From Chitinophagaceae bacterium (GTDB taxonomy: Bacteria; Bacteroidota; Bacteroidia; Chitinophagales; Chitinophagaceae): a stretch of 64,000 nucleotides of DNA. The position numbers were made by a program, and so were the translations under genes. This document shows positions 52,667 through 62,149 of this stretch, one piece after another. The notes under the pieces were generated by a model. It worked only from the letters and a program-made list of their open reading frames with translations. It had not been told where the DNA came from and did not search any database. Position 1 is the first letter of the stretch; each line of letters opens with the position of its first letter. The stretch lies in NCBI GenBank assembly GCA_965246855.1, contig CBDFFP010000008.1:1756-65755 (forward strand), given 5' to 3'.

Positions 52667-54886
52667 CTACAACTTCACCCCAATTCCCACAAACACATTC
52701 CGCCCTTCTGCCGGCAGCAATCCCGGCCCCGGATAGCCACCTGATCGCCGCGTGAAATACCGCGCATCGCTGAGGTTGTTGATGCCCGCGCGCAAGGTGT
52801 AGCGGCCCCAGTTGGCACTGCCCGTCAGGTCGTGAACCAGGTAGGAAGGAATCGTTCCGTTAGTGCCGTCTGCCGTTGGCGTGGCGGTGTTATTGGCGTT
52901 GGAGAAGGCCGCGTCTACGTAGCTCGTTTGCCACGTCAGCGACCAGCGTTTGCGGCTGTAAGTCGCGCCGTTGCGCAGGATGTTTCGTGGTGCATTCTCC
53001 ACTTGCTTTCCTTCTAAGGTTGTTTGGGCCAATTGGCTCGCGGCGTTCTTTATAATCACCTGCAGCGCGCCGTACTGCGCATCCGTAAAGCTATAGGAGC
53101 CAAACACACGCAAGTCGCCCCGGCTCGTTTTTCCATTCAGCAAAGCCGCTTCTACAAACGCTTCCACACCCCGGCTCTTGCTCTGGCCTACGTTGGTGCG
53201 CAGGTTGTAGAAAGAGCCGTCTGTGCGTTGCTGTGTCAGCGTGCCAATGCGGTTGGCGTAGCTCAGGTAAAATGCGCTCACGTCAAAGCGTAGCCAATCG
53301 CCCACCGTTCCGCGACAGCCGAGGTCGGCGTTGTAGCCTGTCGCGTCCTTTAGGTTCGGGTCAATCACATCTGTTGTGGGCAGGGCCGAAAGGTCAGAGA
53401 ACAGCATCGGGCGGTAAGCTTGTGTGAGGTTTCCGTAGAGTTCGGTTTTGCGCGTCAGGTGGTATTCCGCGCTCAATCCTGCTAAGAGAAAACGGCGCGT
53501 GCGTGTCTCCTCCACAATCGTGTTTGGCGCGCCGTCTGCCCTGAATCCCTGCCGTCCTGAAACGCCCGCTTGTATCCACTCGGCGCGCAATCCCGGCATC
53601 AGCATCAGCTTCCCGCCCATGTGAATTGCACCTTCCACAAAGGCCGCTCCGTTGCGGGTTTGGAATTGCAACTCGTTGGGAAACTGCGCGTCCACAATGT
53701 TGAAGTTCATATCGCTGCCCGTCGTGCCTTTCCCTTTCTGGAAGCGGCGTGTATCGCCCGAATAAAAGCGCAATCCCCCTGAGAGTTCATGCCTGCGGCC
53801 CAACACTTTCAGGGGTTGCAGGAAGCGCGCTTCTGTGCCCCAGTTGCGGTAATGGTCAATCGCCACCTCGCGGTTGTTCTGCTGTCCGGTGCCCATATTC
53901 ACGCTGTCGCGCGCGGTAATCGGGGCCATAAAACCCACGCTGCTGCGGTCTCCGGCCATGCCAAAGACTTTCACGTTCAATTCCCCCCCGCCCGCAGGCC
54001 GCCAGCGGAGTGTGAGTGCACTTGTTGTCCACGGTGTGCTTATCCAGTTGCGGCCACGAAGGGATTGCTGCGCGTCCCGTGCAAACTGCGCGTCGGTCAG
54101 TCCGCCTGCCTGCTGGCTGCGCATATCAAAGCGCAAGACCTCACCGGTAAGCGAAAGGCGCGGCGTAAAAGCATAGGTCAGCGTAGCAAAGCCCGTGTTG
54201 GTTTGGTAGGCGCTGTTGTCGCGCCAGCCCGCGCCCTGCCGGTGGTCAAAAGCGGCGTAGTAGTGGAGTTTTCGCGTCGCACCGCCAAGGGCGTTGTAGC
54301 TGTTGAAAAGCCCGTAGGAACCCACCGTTTGCTCGCTTTGCACGTTGAAGGGCTTCCCGAATTCCGAGCCGTCGCGCAGCACGTAGTTCACCATCCCGCC
54401 AAACTGCGGGCCGTATTGCAACGCACCCGCGCCGCGCACAATCTGCATCTGCTTCACGGCGTGGAGTGGAGGCGTGTAATAGGCTTCCGGGTAGCCAAAC
54501 GGGTCGGCGGCAATATCGGCGCCGTTCTGCCGCATGTTGAACTCCCACGAACGATTGGGTGAAAGGCCGCGCGTAGAGATGCCGGTCTGAATACCGCTCG
54601 CATCGCTCTCCCAAATCTGAATGCCCGGAACCTTGGCCAGCACCTGCCGCATATTGTTGGTGGAAAGATTGGCAGGAACGGCATCCACATTCACCACGTG
54701 GGTTTTCTTGCCTGCATAAATAGCCGTACCCAGAATTTCCGGGAGCGGCTGTACGTCATTGGTGCGGGTTGTTTTCACTTCCACCTCGCCAAGGTGGCGC
54801 AGGCTGTCGGCGCTGTTTTGGGCGAAGGAAGCAGTAGTAAGCAGCAGGGAAGAAAAGAGAAAAGGGCGGGTCAGGCGTGGATGCAT
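52667..54886 (-). CDS. TonB-dependent receptor (siderophore type)
   Basis: Signal peptide. Plug motifs GEVEVKT, VPGIQIWESDASG, ISTRGL, IVRGAGALQYGPQFGG. C-terminal VFVGIGVKL. Confidence 0.9.
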   Translation of the reverse strand: MHPRLTRPFLFSSLLLTTASFAQNSADSLRHLGEVEVKTTRTNDVQPLPEILGTAIYAGKKTHVVNVDAVPANLSTNNMRQVLAKVPGIQIWESDASGIQTGISTRGLSPNRSWEFNMRQNGADIAADPFGYPEAYYTPPLHAVKQMQIVRGAGALQYGPQFGGMVNYVLRDGSEFGKPFNVQSEQTVGSYGLFNSYNALGGATRKLHYYAAFDHRQGAGWRDNSAYQTNTGFATLTYAFTPRLSLTGEVLRFDMRSQQAGGLTDAQFARDAQQSLRGRNWISTPWTTSALTLRWRPAGGGELNVKVFGMAGDRSSVGFMAPITARDSVNMGTGQQNNREVAIDHYRNWGTEARFLQPLKVLGRRHELSGGLRFYSGDTRRFQKGKGTTGSDMNFNIVDAQFPNELQFQTRNGAAFVEGAIHMGGKLMLMPGLRAEWIQAGVSGRQGFRADGAPNTIVEETRTRRFLLAGLSAEYHLTRKTELYGNLTQAYRPMLFSDLSALPTTDVIDPNLKDATGYNADLGCRGTVGDWLRFDVSAFYLSYANRIGTLTQQRTDGSFYNLRTNVGQSKSRGVEAFVEAALLNGKTSRGDLRVFGSYSFTDAQYGALQVIIKNAASQLAQTTLEGKQVENAPRNILRNGATYSRKRWSLTWQTSYVDAAFSNANNTATPTADGTNGTIPSYLVHDLTGSANWGRYTLRAGINNLSDARYFTRRSGGYPGPGLLPAEGRNVFVGIGVKL

Positions 54887-55026
54887 CCGGCGGGCTTTCG
54901 TGTTTTTTGGGAAAGCGGGCACAAAAGTCCTTTGTGAATGAAGGGCGTGTTTTCAGAATTGGGAAAGGGTTTTGCGGGATTGGGAAAAAGAAGGGGCAAT
55001 TAGGCTGTATTGATAGAAGATGTTTA

Positions 55027-55074
55027 AACCCTGTAGAGCCTGTCCCGACGCGTCGGGACAGGCTCTACAGGGTT
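55027..55074 (-). terminator. perfect 48-bp palindrome downstream of the lipoprotein gene
   Basis: aaccctgtagagcctgtcccgacg|cgtcgggacaggctctacagggtt. Confidence 0.75.
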
Positions 55075-55112
55075 GCAAAAGACTCCTCCACAAAGAAAGT
55101 CAACACCTCCCA

Positions 55113-55727
55113 TCACTTCTTCGTGCCGCGCACCATTCTCTCCAGGTTGCTCATTTTGTAGGTCTCAGTGCTGCCGTTCTCCAGTTGCACCTTCAGCTTC
55201 CCGTCAGCGGTTTGTTCCAGCATCGTTCCGCGCACCACGCGCCCGCCAGTAAAGTAGTAGGTGTCCAGGCCATCCGCAACCTTCGGTGCATCAGCAGCTC
55301 CGCAGCCATTATAGGGAAGCGTATAGCGGAAGTGCATGTAGTCCATCTTCGACACACCCGGCTCATTCACGTTAGGTTTCCAGACCGCGCCGGTAGCAAA
55401 GTCTATCGCGATGCCTATCAGACCGCCTATTCCCAGCAAATTTCCTGCTATAGTGCCGCCCCGCACCTCACGCGTGGCGTAGCGAAAAGTCTGTTCCGGG
55501 CAGCCTTCCTCGCGCACGGTGAACACCACCTTATCGGCATTTTTGCGCTCTATGGAAGCAATACCAGTGCCCGTACCCAAATGGGTTCCGTTGTAAGAGA
55601 TAGCCGCATTGGAATGGTTGGGCGTAACCACATGCGCGGCGTAATCGGTGCCGCCAATAATAGTGGCACAGCCACTTGCGCCAAGCAGCAAGAAAGAAAA
55701 GGCACTCAGAAGACGGACGGATTTCAT
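55113..55727 (-). CDS. lipoprotein, hypothetical
   Basis: Start at MKSVRLLSAFSFLLLGASGC (lipobox). The upstream 173 codons of track ORF 55113..56246 run through repeat array F. Confidence 0.6.
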   Translation of the reverse strand: MKSVRLLSAFSFLLLGASGCATIIGGTDYAAHVVTPNHSNAAISYNGTHLGTGTGIASIERKNADKVVFTVREEGCPEQTFRYATREVRGGTIAGNLLGIGGLIGIAIDFATGAVWKPNVNEPGVSKMDYMHFRYTLPYNGCGAADAPKVADGLDTYYFTGGRVVRGTMLEQTADGKLKVQLENGSTETYKMSNLERMVRGTKK

Positions 55728-55848
55728 GCAGGAGGAGCGTCTGGCTTTTTGGAAAGGAGAAAGGGAGGCAAGATAATGCAGGCCATTAAAAGGGAAACCT
55801 CTTTTTAGGGGGATAGAAAGATTCACGCCCACTGCGATTTCCCAAAAA

Positions 55849-56038
55849 GTCATTCGGAAAAGACTGCCTGTCATTTTTAAAAGTAGAAAGGTCATAACGA
55901 TAAGGAGCAAGGTCATGTTTAAAAAAAGCCCTGTCATGTTTAAAATAGAGTCTATCACGAAGAAAAGCATATCGTTCATGTTTAAAATAGAGCCTATAAC
56001 GAAGAAAAGTAGACCGGTCACTTTTAAAAGAAGAACGT
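55849..56038. repeat. tandem array F: nine AT-rich 21-bp units (gtcat-phase), the last ones paired as 42-bp units
   Basis: gtcat/gtcac/ttcat anchors at 55849, 55870, 55891, 55912, 55933, (55954), 55975 and 56017. catgtttaaaatagag.ctat.acgaagaaaag is repeated 42 nt apart. Confidence 0.8.
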
Positions 56039-56105
56039 CCTGAACGGCCCGTGTTTCAGGGCCATTTTCCTTATTTTCGAAGCCACCCAAGCCTTTTTCC
56101 TCCCC

Positions 56106-56477
56106 ATGCTTCGCCTCAACCTGAAAGCCGTTTGCCTTTTGCGTGGCATCCAAAAGCCCTACGCCTGGCTCCTGAAGGCCGGTTTCCCGCCCTCCGCCGC
56201 TTTCCGGCTGAACGGAGAAGATTACAGCAACCTGCCGCTGGCGCATTTAGAAAAGCTCTGCCTGCTCCTGCGCTGTACGCCCCACGACCTCTTGCGCTGG
56301 ACGCCCGACGCCGACACCGTGGAGGCCGATAGTCAGCCGCTTGCGGCCCTCCACCGCAAGGAAGAAAACGACCTCCACTGGATTTCCAACATGAACGCCA
56401 AAAGCGTGGACGAACTGCGCGAAATAGGCCGCAAATTGAGCCAGATGGAGGGGGGAAATGATTTGCCGAAGCCATAG
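56106..56477 (+). CDS. helix-turn-helix (XRE-like) transcriptional regulator
   Basis: LNLKAVCLLRGIQKPYAWLLKAGFPPSAAFRL...LAHLEKLCLLLRCTPHDLL is a typical short Bacteroidota HTH protein. Confidence 0.55.
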   Translation: MLRLNLKAVCLLRGIQKPYAWLLKAGFPPSAAFRLNGEDYSNLPLAHLEKLCLLLRCTPHDLLRWTPDADTVEADSQPLAALHRKEENDLHWISNMNAKSVDELREIGRKLSQMEGGNDLPKP

Positions 56478-56582
56478 CTGCGCCCGCGTTTTCTTAAGAC
56501 CGAAATAACCCGGCTCCTTCACGGCCAAAACCTACTTTCGTCTTTCACCTTTTTTCCAAAACCACTCCCTCCACCCCCTTTT

Positions 56583-56939
56583 ATGACTACCCAACAAGTA
56601 GCTGACCGCTTCCACGAGCTGGCCGAGCAAGGCCAGTATCAGACCATTCAGGACGAGCTGTACGCGCAGGACGTTGTCAGCGTTGAACCAAACGAAGCTT
56701 TTGGCCCGCGCGAAGCCCACGGCCTGGACGCCATCAAGGAGAAGAGCCGACTCTTGAACGAATCAATAGAGGAAATGCACGGCGGCTGGTGCTCCAAGCC
56801 AGCCGTAGGCGGCAAGTATTTCACCGTAGCGATGGGCATGGACGTAACCATGAAAGGCCGTCCGCGCGGGCAGATGAATGAGGTGTGCGTGTATGAAGTG
56901 CAGGACGGAAAAGTGGTGAAGGAGCAGTTCTTCTTCTAA
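56583..56939 (+). CDS. SnoaL-like / NTF2-fold protein
   Basis: 118 aa: VADRFHELAEQGQYQTIQDELYAQDVVSVEP...VCVYEVQDGKVVKEQFFF. Confidence 0.7.
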   Translation: MTTQQVADRFHELAEQGQYQTIQDELYAQDVVSVEPNEAFGPREAHGLDAIKEKSRLLNESIEEMHGGWCSKPAVGGKYFTVAMGMDVTMKGRPRGQMNEVCVYEVQDGKVVKEQFFF

Positions 56940-56955
56940 AAAGCCGCAGCCCCCG

Positions 56956-56998
56956 AAAAGAAACAGGCCCTCTTTTGCGAGTGCCTGTTTCTTTTGCT
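56956..56998 (+). terminator. rho-independent terminator
   Basis: aaaagaaacaggc-N14-gcctgtttcttttgc. Confidence 0.65.
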
Positions 56999-57005
56999 TG
57001 GAAAC

Positions 57006-57060
57006 GATGGTTGTGGTAGGTGCGGATACGCGCAGCGTATCCGCACCTACCACAACCATC
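57006..57060. repeat. 26-bp perfect-stem hairpin with a 3-nt loop, upstream of mutS
   Basis: gatggttgtggtaggtgcggatacgc-gca-gcgtatccgcacctaccacaaccatc. Confidence 0.9.
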
Positions 57061-57122
57061 CAACGGCTTTAGCTATTCCAACGCGAAGCCTCCAACCACG
57101 CAACGCGCCTACCTTCGCCCCT

Positions 57123-59747
57123 ATGGCTAAGGAAACGCCCATGATGCAGCAGCACCGGGAGATAAAAGCAAAATATCCCGACGCGGTTTTGCTGTTCCGG
57201 GTAGGCGATTTTTACGAGACTTTCGGGGAAGATGCCGTCATTGCCGCCCGCGTTCTGGGCATCACGCTGACGGCCCGCAACAACGGCGCAGCGGGTTCTA
57301 CCGAACTGGCAGGATTTCCCCACCACTCGCTGGATACCTACCTGCACAAGCTGGTGAAAGCGGGCCACCGCGTAGCGATTTGCGACCAACTGGAAGACCC
57401 GAAGGAAGCAAAAGGGGTGGTGAAGCGCGGCGTAACAGAACTGGTAACGCCCGGCATGGCCACCGACGACAAGCTGCTGGAATTCAAGACCAACAACTTC
57501 CTCGCCGCGTGGCTGCCCGCCGGAACGGAATACGGACTTGCTTTTCTGGATATCTCCACCGGCGAAGCCTATTGTGCGCAAGGCGACGCGGAATACGCGG
57601 ATAAACTGTTGCAGGGATTGCAGCCAGCTGAGGTTTTGGTTCCCAAATCATCACAAGCGCGCTTCCGCGAGCAGTATGGAAAGGAGTGGTATTTATTTCC
57701 GTTGGAAGACTGGATTTTCACGGAAAGCTATGGCCGCGAAACGCTGCTGAACCACTACAAAACGCAGACGCTCAAGGGCTTCGGGATTGAGGATTTAAAA
57801 GCCGCCGCTACGGCTGCGGGCGCAGTCCTTCACTACCTCAAAGACACCGAGCATCCTAACCTGCAACACATCACCGGGCTGCAACGGATGATGCCCGACA
57901 CGTTTTTGTGGATGGATAGATTCACGGTGCGGAATCTGGAATTGCTTTCCGCGCAAGACGGTTCGCCGGGCGGATTGCTCGCCGCGATTGACACGACGCT
58001 TACACCGATGGGCGGACGGCTGTTGCGTCGCCGCATTGTGTTTCCCCTTTCCGACAGGCTGAAGCTGGAGGCCCGCCACGACGCGGTGGAAAGTTTTTTA
58101 CAAAACAAAGACCTCCACGAAGCAACGCGCACACAACTAAAAGCGATTGGCGATTTGGAAAGATTGGTGGCGAAAATTCCGCTGAAGAAATCCTCGCCGC
58201 GCGAACTGATTGCACTGGCGCGCGGACTGTCTAAAGTCTGCACGCTGAAATTTATTCTCTCCGATTCCGCCTATCCGGCGCTGGAGAAATTAGTGGCCCA
58301 CATCCATACCTGCGACGAGTTGCAGGAGCGCATCAACAAGACGCTGGCCGAAGAAGCGCCCGCCGTAGCGGCCAAAGGAAATTTTATCCGCGAAGGCGTT
58401 TCTGAAGCGTTGGACGAACTGCGCGGAATCTCGCGCGGGGCGAAAGATTATCTCCTGGACCTGCAAAAACGCGAGGCACAAACAACGGGTATTTCTTCCC
58501 TGAAAGTATCTTTCAACAACGTTTTTGGCTACTATCTGGAAGTAACGCACACCCACAAAGACAAGGTTCCACCCACTTGGATTCGGAAGCAAACACTGGC
58601 AGCGGCGGAGCGCTACATCACGCCGGAGTTGAAGGAATACGAAGACAAAATTCTGGGCGCGGATGAAAAGATTTTGACGCTGGAGATGGCCGCTTTTGCG
58701 GAGCTTTTGGATTTTATTTCGCCGTGGATTCCGCGCATTCAGCAGGCCGCCAAAGCGGTTGCGAATCTGGACTGTCTTTCCGCCCACGCCACCACCGCGC
58801 GGCAGTGGAATTACGTGCGCCCCACCCTGACCGACGACGCGACGCTGCGCCTGAAAGCCGCGCGCCACCCGGTGATTGAGCAGAAGCTGCCGCCGGGTGA
58901 AAGCTATATCTCCAACGACCTTTTCCTGGACCGCGACACGGAGCAAATCATCATCCTGACCGGGCCGAACATGAGCGGCAAAAGCGCGGTGCTGCGCCAA
59001 ACGGCGCTCTGTGTTTTGCTGGCCCACATGGGCGCTTTCGTGCCTGCCGCCGAAGCGTACATTGGCATTACCGACCGCATTTTTACCCGCGTCGGCGCAA
59101 GCGATAATCTGGCGGGCGGCGAAAGCACGTTTATGGTGGAGATGACCGAAACGGCGTCTATCGTGAACAACCTGAGCGAGCGCAGTCTGGTGCTTCTGGA
59201 TGAAATCGGGCGCGGCACGAGCACCTACGACGGCATCTCCATTGCGTGGAGTCTGGTGGAATATCTGCACAGCCATGCCACGCATCCGAAGACGCTTTTC
59301 GCCACGCACTACCACGAGCTAAACGACCTGGAAAACAGCCTGGGGCGGGTGAAGAATTTCCACATCACGCACCAAGAGACGGCGCATAAAATCATTTTCC
59401 TGCGCAAGATGGCGCGGGGCGGAAGTCGCCGGTCTTTTGGGATTCAGGTGGCGCGCATGGCAGGAATGCCGCCCACGCTGATAAGCCGCGCAGAAGAACT
59501 GTTGCACCATTTGGAGCAAACCCACGCAGACGCGGGCAGCACCGGGACAGAGACTTCTTCCAAAAAGAAAACACCCGCGCCCGTCGCGCCAATACAGCAA
59601 ATCCAACTAAGCGTGTTTGGCGACGTGCCGGAGCATCTGCGCCGCTTGCAGCAGGAGTTGGAGGCAATAGACATTAATACCCTTTCGCCGGTGGAGGCGT
59701 TGCTGCGGTTAAACGCGTTGAAGGCCTCCATCAGCCATGGGTCATGA
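57123..59747 (+). CDS. mutS: DNA mismatch repair protein MutS
   Basis: TPMMQQHREIKAKYPDAVLLFRVGDFYETFGEDA, GPNMSGKSAVLRQ (Walker A), LLDEIGRGTSTYDGISIAWS, ATHYHEL. The ATG at 57123 is preferred to the track start at 56994. Confidence 0.95.
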   Translation: MAKETPMMQQHREIKAKYPDAVLLFRVGDFYETFGEDAVIAARVLGITLTARNNGAAGSTELAGFPHHSLDTYLHKLVKAGHRVAICDQLEDPKEAKGVVKRGVTELVTPGMATDDKLLEFKTNNFLAAWLPAGTEYGLAFLDISTGEAYCAQGDAEYADKLLQGLQPAEVLVPKSSQARFREQYGKEWYLFPLEDWIFTESYGRETLLNHYKTQTLKGFGIEDLKAAATAAGAVLHYLKDTEHPNLQHITGLQRMMPDTFLWMDRFTVRNLELLSAQDGSPGGLLAAIDTTLTPMGGRLLRRRIVFPLSDRLKLEARHDAVESFLQNKDLHEATRTQLKAIGDLERLVAKIPLKKSSPRELIALARGLSKVCTLKFILSDSAYPALEKLVAHIHTCDELQERINKTLAEEAPAVAAKGNFIREGVSEALDELRGISRGAKDYLLDLQKREAQTTGISSLKVSFNNVFGYYLEVTHTHKDKVPPTWIRKQTLAAAERYITPELKEYEDKILGADEKILTLEMAAFAELLDFISPWIPRIQQAAKAVANLDCLSAHATTARQWNYVRPTLTDDATLRLKAARHPVIEQKLPPGESYISNDLFLDRDTEQIIILTGPNMSGKSAVLRQTALCVLLAHMGAFVPAAEAYIGITDRIFTRVGASDNLAGGESTFMVEMTETASIVNNLSERSLVLLDEIGRGTSTYDGISIAWSLVEYLHSHATHPKTLFATHYHELNDLENSLGRVKNFHITHQETAHKIIFLRKMARGGSRRSFGIQVARMAGMPPTLISRAEELLHHLEQTHADAGSTGTETSSKKKTPAPVAPIQQIQLSVFGDVPEHLRRLQQELEAIDINTLSPVEALLRLNALKASISHGS

Positions 59748-59751
59748 GTTA

Positions 59752-59839
59752 TGGGTCATTCCGAGCGCGGAGCGAGGAATCTCACGGCAGGTAAGACACA
59801 GCGTAAGTGAGATCTCTCCCTAGCGGTCGAGATGACCCA
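59752..59839. repeat. imperfect inverted-repeat element with tgggtcat / atgaccca termini
   Basis: tgggtcattccgagcgcggagcgaggaatctcac ... gtgagatctctccctagcggtcgagatgaccca. Confidence 0.6.
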
Positions 59840-59871
59840 CGTTATATGAACACACAGATTGTAGCTACAAC

Positions 59872-59979
59872 ATGTGGGTCATTGCGAGTGCAGCGAAGCA
59901 ACCTGCACATAACGTTGGGGATTTCAATCAACACAGCATATTGTGCAGGTTGCTTCGCTGCACTCGCAATGACCCACAT
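59872..59979. repeat. perfect 38-bp inverted repeat with a 32-nt loop (MITE/REP-like)
   Basis: atgtgggtcattgcgagtgcagcgaagcaacctgcaca (59872-59909) is the exact reverse complement of 59942-59979. Confidence 0.9.
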
Positions 59980-60032
59980 TTTTCAAGTGTCCTTGCAGGC
60001 TCCATTATCCATTATCCATTATTCATTGCCGT

Positions 60033-61622
60033 TTACAGCATCCTTAACCGCTCTTCTTCCAAGTCAATCTGATAAAGCTGTTTGCGGATGATTTCCTCGT
60101 TCAGCTTCGGGTCTTTGTTGGCTTCGGCGAGGTAGCGGCGCTGACTTTCCAACATTTCCAAGTAGATGACCTTGTGGCGTTCCGTGAACATTTCTTCGCG
60201 GGGTTTAATGGCTTTTTCTTCCCAGAATTGCAGGATTTTACGGAGAATGTCTTCGTTGTGCGCTTCGGTCTCGTATTTCTGCTTGTAGAAATCAAGGATG
60301 TGCTGTTTCAGGCCGTGCCGCAGGTGGCGGTGCGACTCCTCTTCCTCTCCTTCATCCGCAAAACCTTCAAAAATGCGGCTGCGGCGGATGATAACCGGCA
60401 GCGTCAGTCCCTGCAAAAGCAGCGTGAGCAGGATAACCACGAAAGTGATGAACAGAATAAGATTGCGGTACGGAAAAGCCGTTCCATCGCTGAGCGTTAC
60501 CGGAATGGCCAGCGCCGCCGCCAGCGACACCACGCCGCGCATCCCCGTCCAGCCCAGAATAAGCGGAATCAACCTGCGACGCCGGGCCGCGCCGGGAAGA
60601 TGTCTGGGCATGACGCCGGGCCGGAAAATGGCCGTTGCCATCATGGCCGCATAGGCGCTGATGACACGGGAAAGAATAAGTACACCGGTGACGACTACGC
60701 CATACCAGATGCCTCGGCTTAGGGGAATGCCGCTCCCCCTCATGCCCTGCACAATTTCCGGGAGCGAAAGGCCGATGAGGAGAAAGACGACACCGTTGAG
60801 AATGAACACCAGACTCTCCCACACACTTTGTCCGCGAATGCGGCTCGCACTGTTGAGGAAAAGCAGCCGCTGCGACGACATCAGCAGCCCGCCACTCACC
60901 ACCGCCATTACGCCGGAAGCATGGAACTGCTCGGCCAGCCAGTACATCGCATACGGCTCCAGAACAGTGAGGATGATATCGGTTGTGGCGTCGGTGGGCA
61001 GCTTTTTATGGGCCTGGATGAAAATCCAACCCATCGCCAGCCCGATGCCTGTGCCGCCTGCTACCATCCACAAAAAGCTTCCAGCCGCATCCTGCCACAC
61101 GAAATTTCCGGTGGCAACGGCCAAGAGTGCGAAACGGAAAATGATGAGCGAAGAAGCGTCGTTGAGCAGGCTTTCGCCTTCCAGAATGGCGGAGGTGGAA
61201 GGGGGGATTTTGACGAATTTGGTGATGGCTCCCGTGCTAACCGCGTCGGGTGGAGAAACGATGCCGCCGAGCAAAAAGCCCAGCGCCAAGGTGAAGCCGG
61301 GAATCAGCCAGTGCGTCGCCAGCGCAACAGAAGAGGCAGTGAAAAACACCACCAGAAAAGCAAAGCTTCCAATCATCCGCCACCACTTCTTCATCTCCTT
61401 AAAAGAAATTGTCCACGCGGCTTCAAAGAGTAACGGCGGCAGGAAAATGAAGAAAATAAGGTCGGGATTCACCTTTACCTGCGGCAGGCCGGGCACAAAA
61501 CCAAGAAGCAGTCCCGCCAGTACCAGCACCACCGGATAAGCGACTTTGAGCTTGGCAGCCAGCATTTCCAACAGGATAATTGCGGCCACCATGAGGAGGA
61601 GAAAAGGAAGCGTGCTGTGCAT
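60033..61622 (-). CDS. Na+/H+ antiporter (CPA1/NhaP type) with a C-terminal cytoplasmic helical domain
   Basis: About 12 TM helices, SPPDAVS and LLNDASSLIIF motifs. The ATG ending at 61622 (MHSTLPFLLL) is preferred. Confidence 0.9.
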   Translation of the reverse strand: MHSTLPFLLLMVAAIILLEMLAAKLKVAYPVVLVLAGLLLGFVPGLPQVKVNPDLIFFIFLPPLLFEAAWTISFKEMKKWWRMIGSFAFLVVFFTASSVALATHWLIPGFTLALGFLLGGIVSPPDAVSTGAITKFVKIPPSTSAILEGESLLNDASSLIIFRFALLAVATGNFVWQDAAGSFLWMVAGGTGIGLAMGWIFIQAHKKLPTDATTDIILTVLEPYAMYWLAEQFHASGVMAVVSGGLLMSSQRLLFLNSASRIRGQSVWESLVFILNGVVFLLIGLSLPEIVQGMRGSGIPLSRGIWYGVVVTGVLILSRVISAYAAMMATAIFRPGVMPRHLPGAARRRRLIPLILGWTGMRGVVSLAAALAIPVTLSDGTAFPYRNLILFITFVVILLTLLLQGLTLPVIIRRSRIFEGFADEGEEEESHRHLRHGLKQHILDFYKQKYETEAHNEDILRKILQFWEEKAIKPREEMFTERHKVIYLEMLESQRRYLAEANKDPKLNEEIIRKQLYQIDLEEERLRML

Positions 61623-61769
61623 AGGGCGAAAGTAGCGGCTTACATGTATTGGCCGGGGAATAGCCAGCAAGGGCAGCACTTATCCTGTTACACTTCTTCG
61701 GGTAGCCGTCAGAAAGTGCGGGGGGGCTGCTTAAACGAAATTTTGGATACAATCAGCCCTGGGTTGAGC

Positions 61770-61969
61770 CCAACCGCCGCGCCGTTGGACCCAACCGCGC
61801 GATGGTTGGGTCCAACGGCGCGGTGGTCGGGCCCAACGGCGCAGTGGTTGGGTCCGACGGCGCAGTGGTTGGATCCAACGGCGCAATGGTTGGATCCAAC
61901 GGCGCAATGGTTGGGTCCGACGGAAGCGTGGTTGGATCCAATCACGCTTCCGTTGGGCCCAACGAAGCA
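61770..61969. repeat. tandem array G: nine-plus 21-bp units (ccaacggcgcaRtggttggRt), each internally palindromic (ccaac...gttgg)
   Basis: Units read consecutively: ccaaccgccgcgccgttggac / ccaaccgcgcgatggttgggt / ccaacggcgcggtggtcgggc / ccaacggcgcagtggttgggt / ccgacggcgcagtggttggat / ccaacggcgcaatggttggat / ccaacggcgcaatggttgggt / ccgacggaagcgtggttggat / ccaatcacgcttccgttgggc. Confidence 0.9.
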
Positions 61970-62149
61970 CTAAAAAAACGCTTTTTAAGGCATTTTGGGC
62001 CATTTTTGGGGTAAAAAAGAGAATATATAATCTATTTTCTTCCTTAAACGACCCAAAAATCCTTTCCATTCCTCAACTCATTCTCCCCATTTTTGTTTCC
62101 TGTTACCTTCGCTCCTTTGACGAAAAACGCAGACTTTACGACCCAACAG

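Noticed and set aside
55728-56246. N-terminal 173 codons of track ORF 55113..56246
   Set aside because: This part runs through repeat array F and gives repetitive hydrophobic nonsense (LFFVIGSILNM...). An internal ATG at 55727 gives a clean lipoprotein signal peptide.
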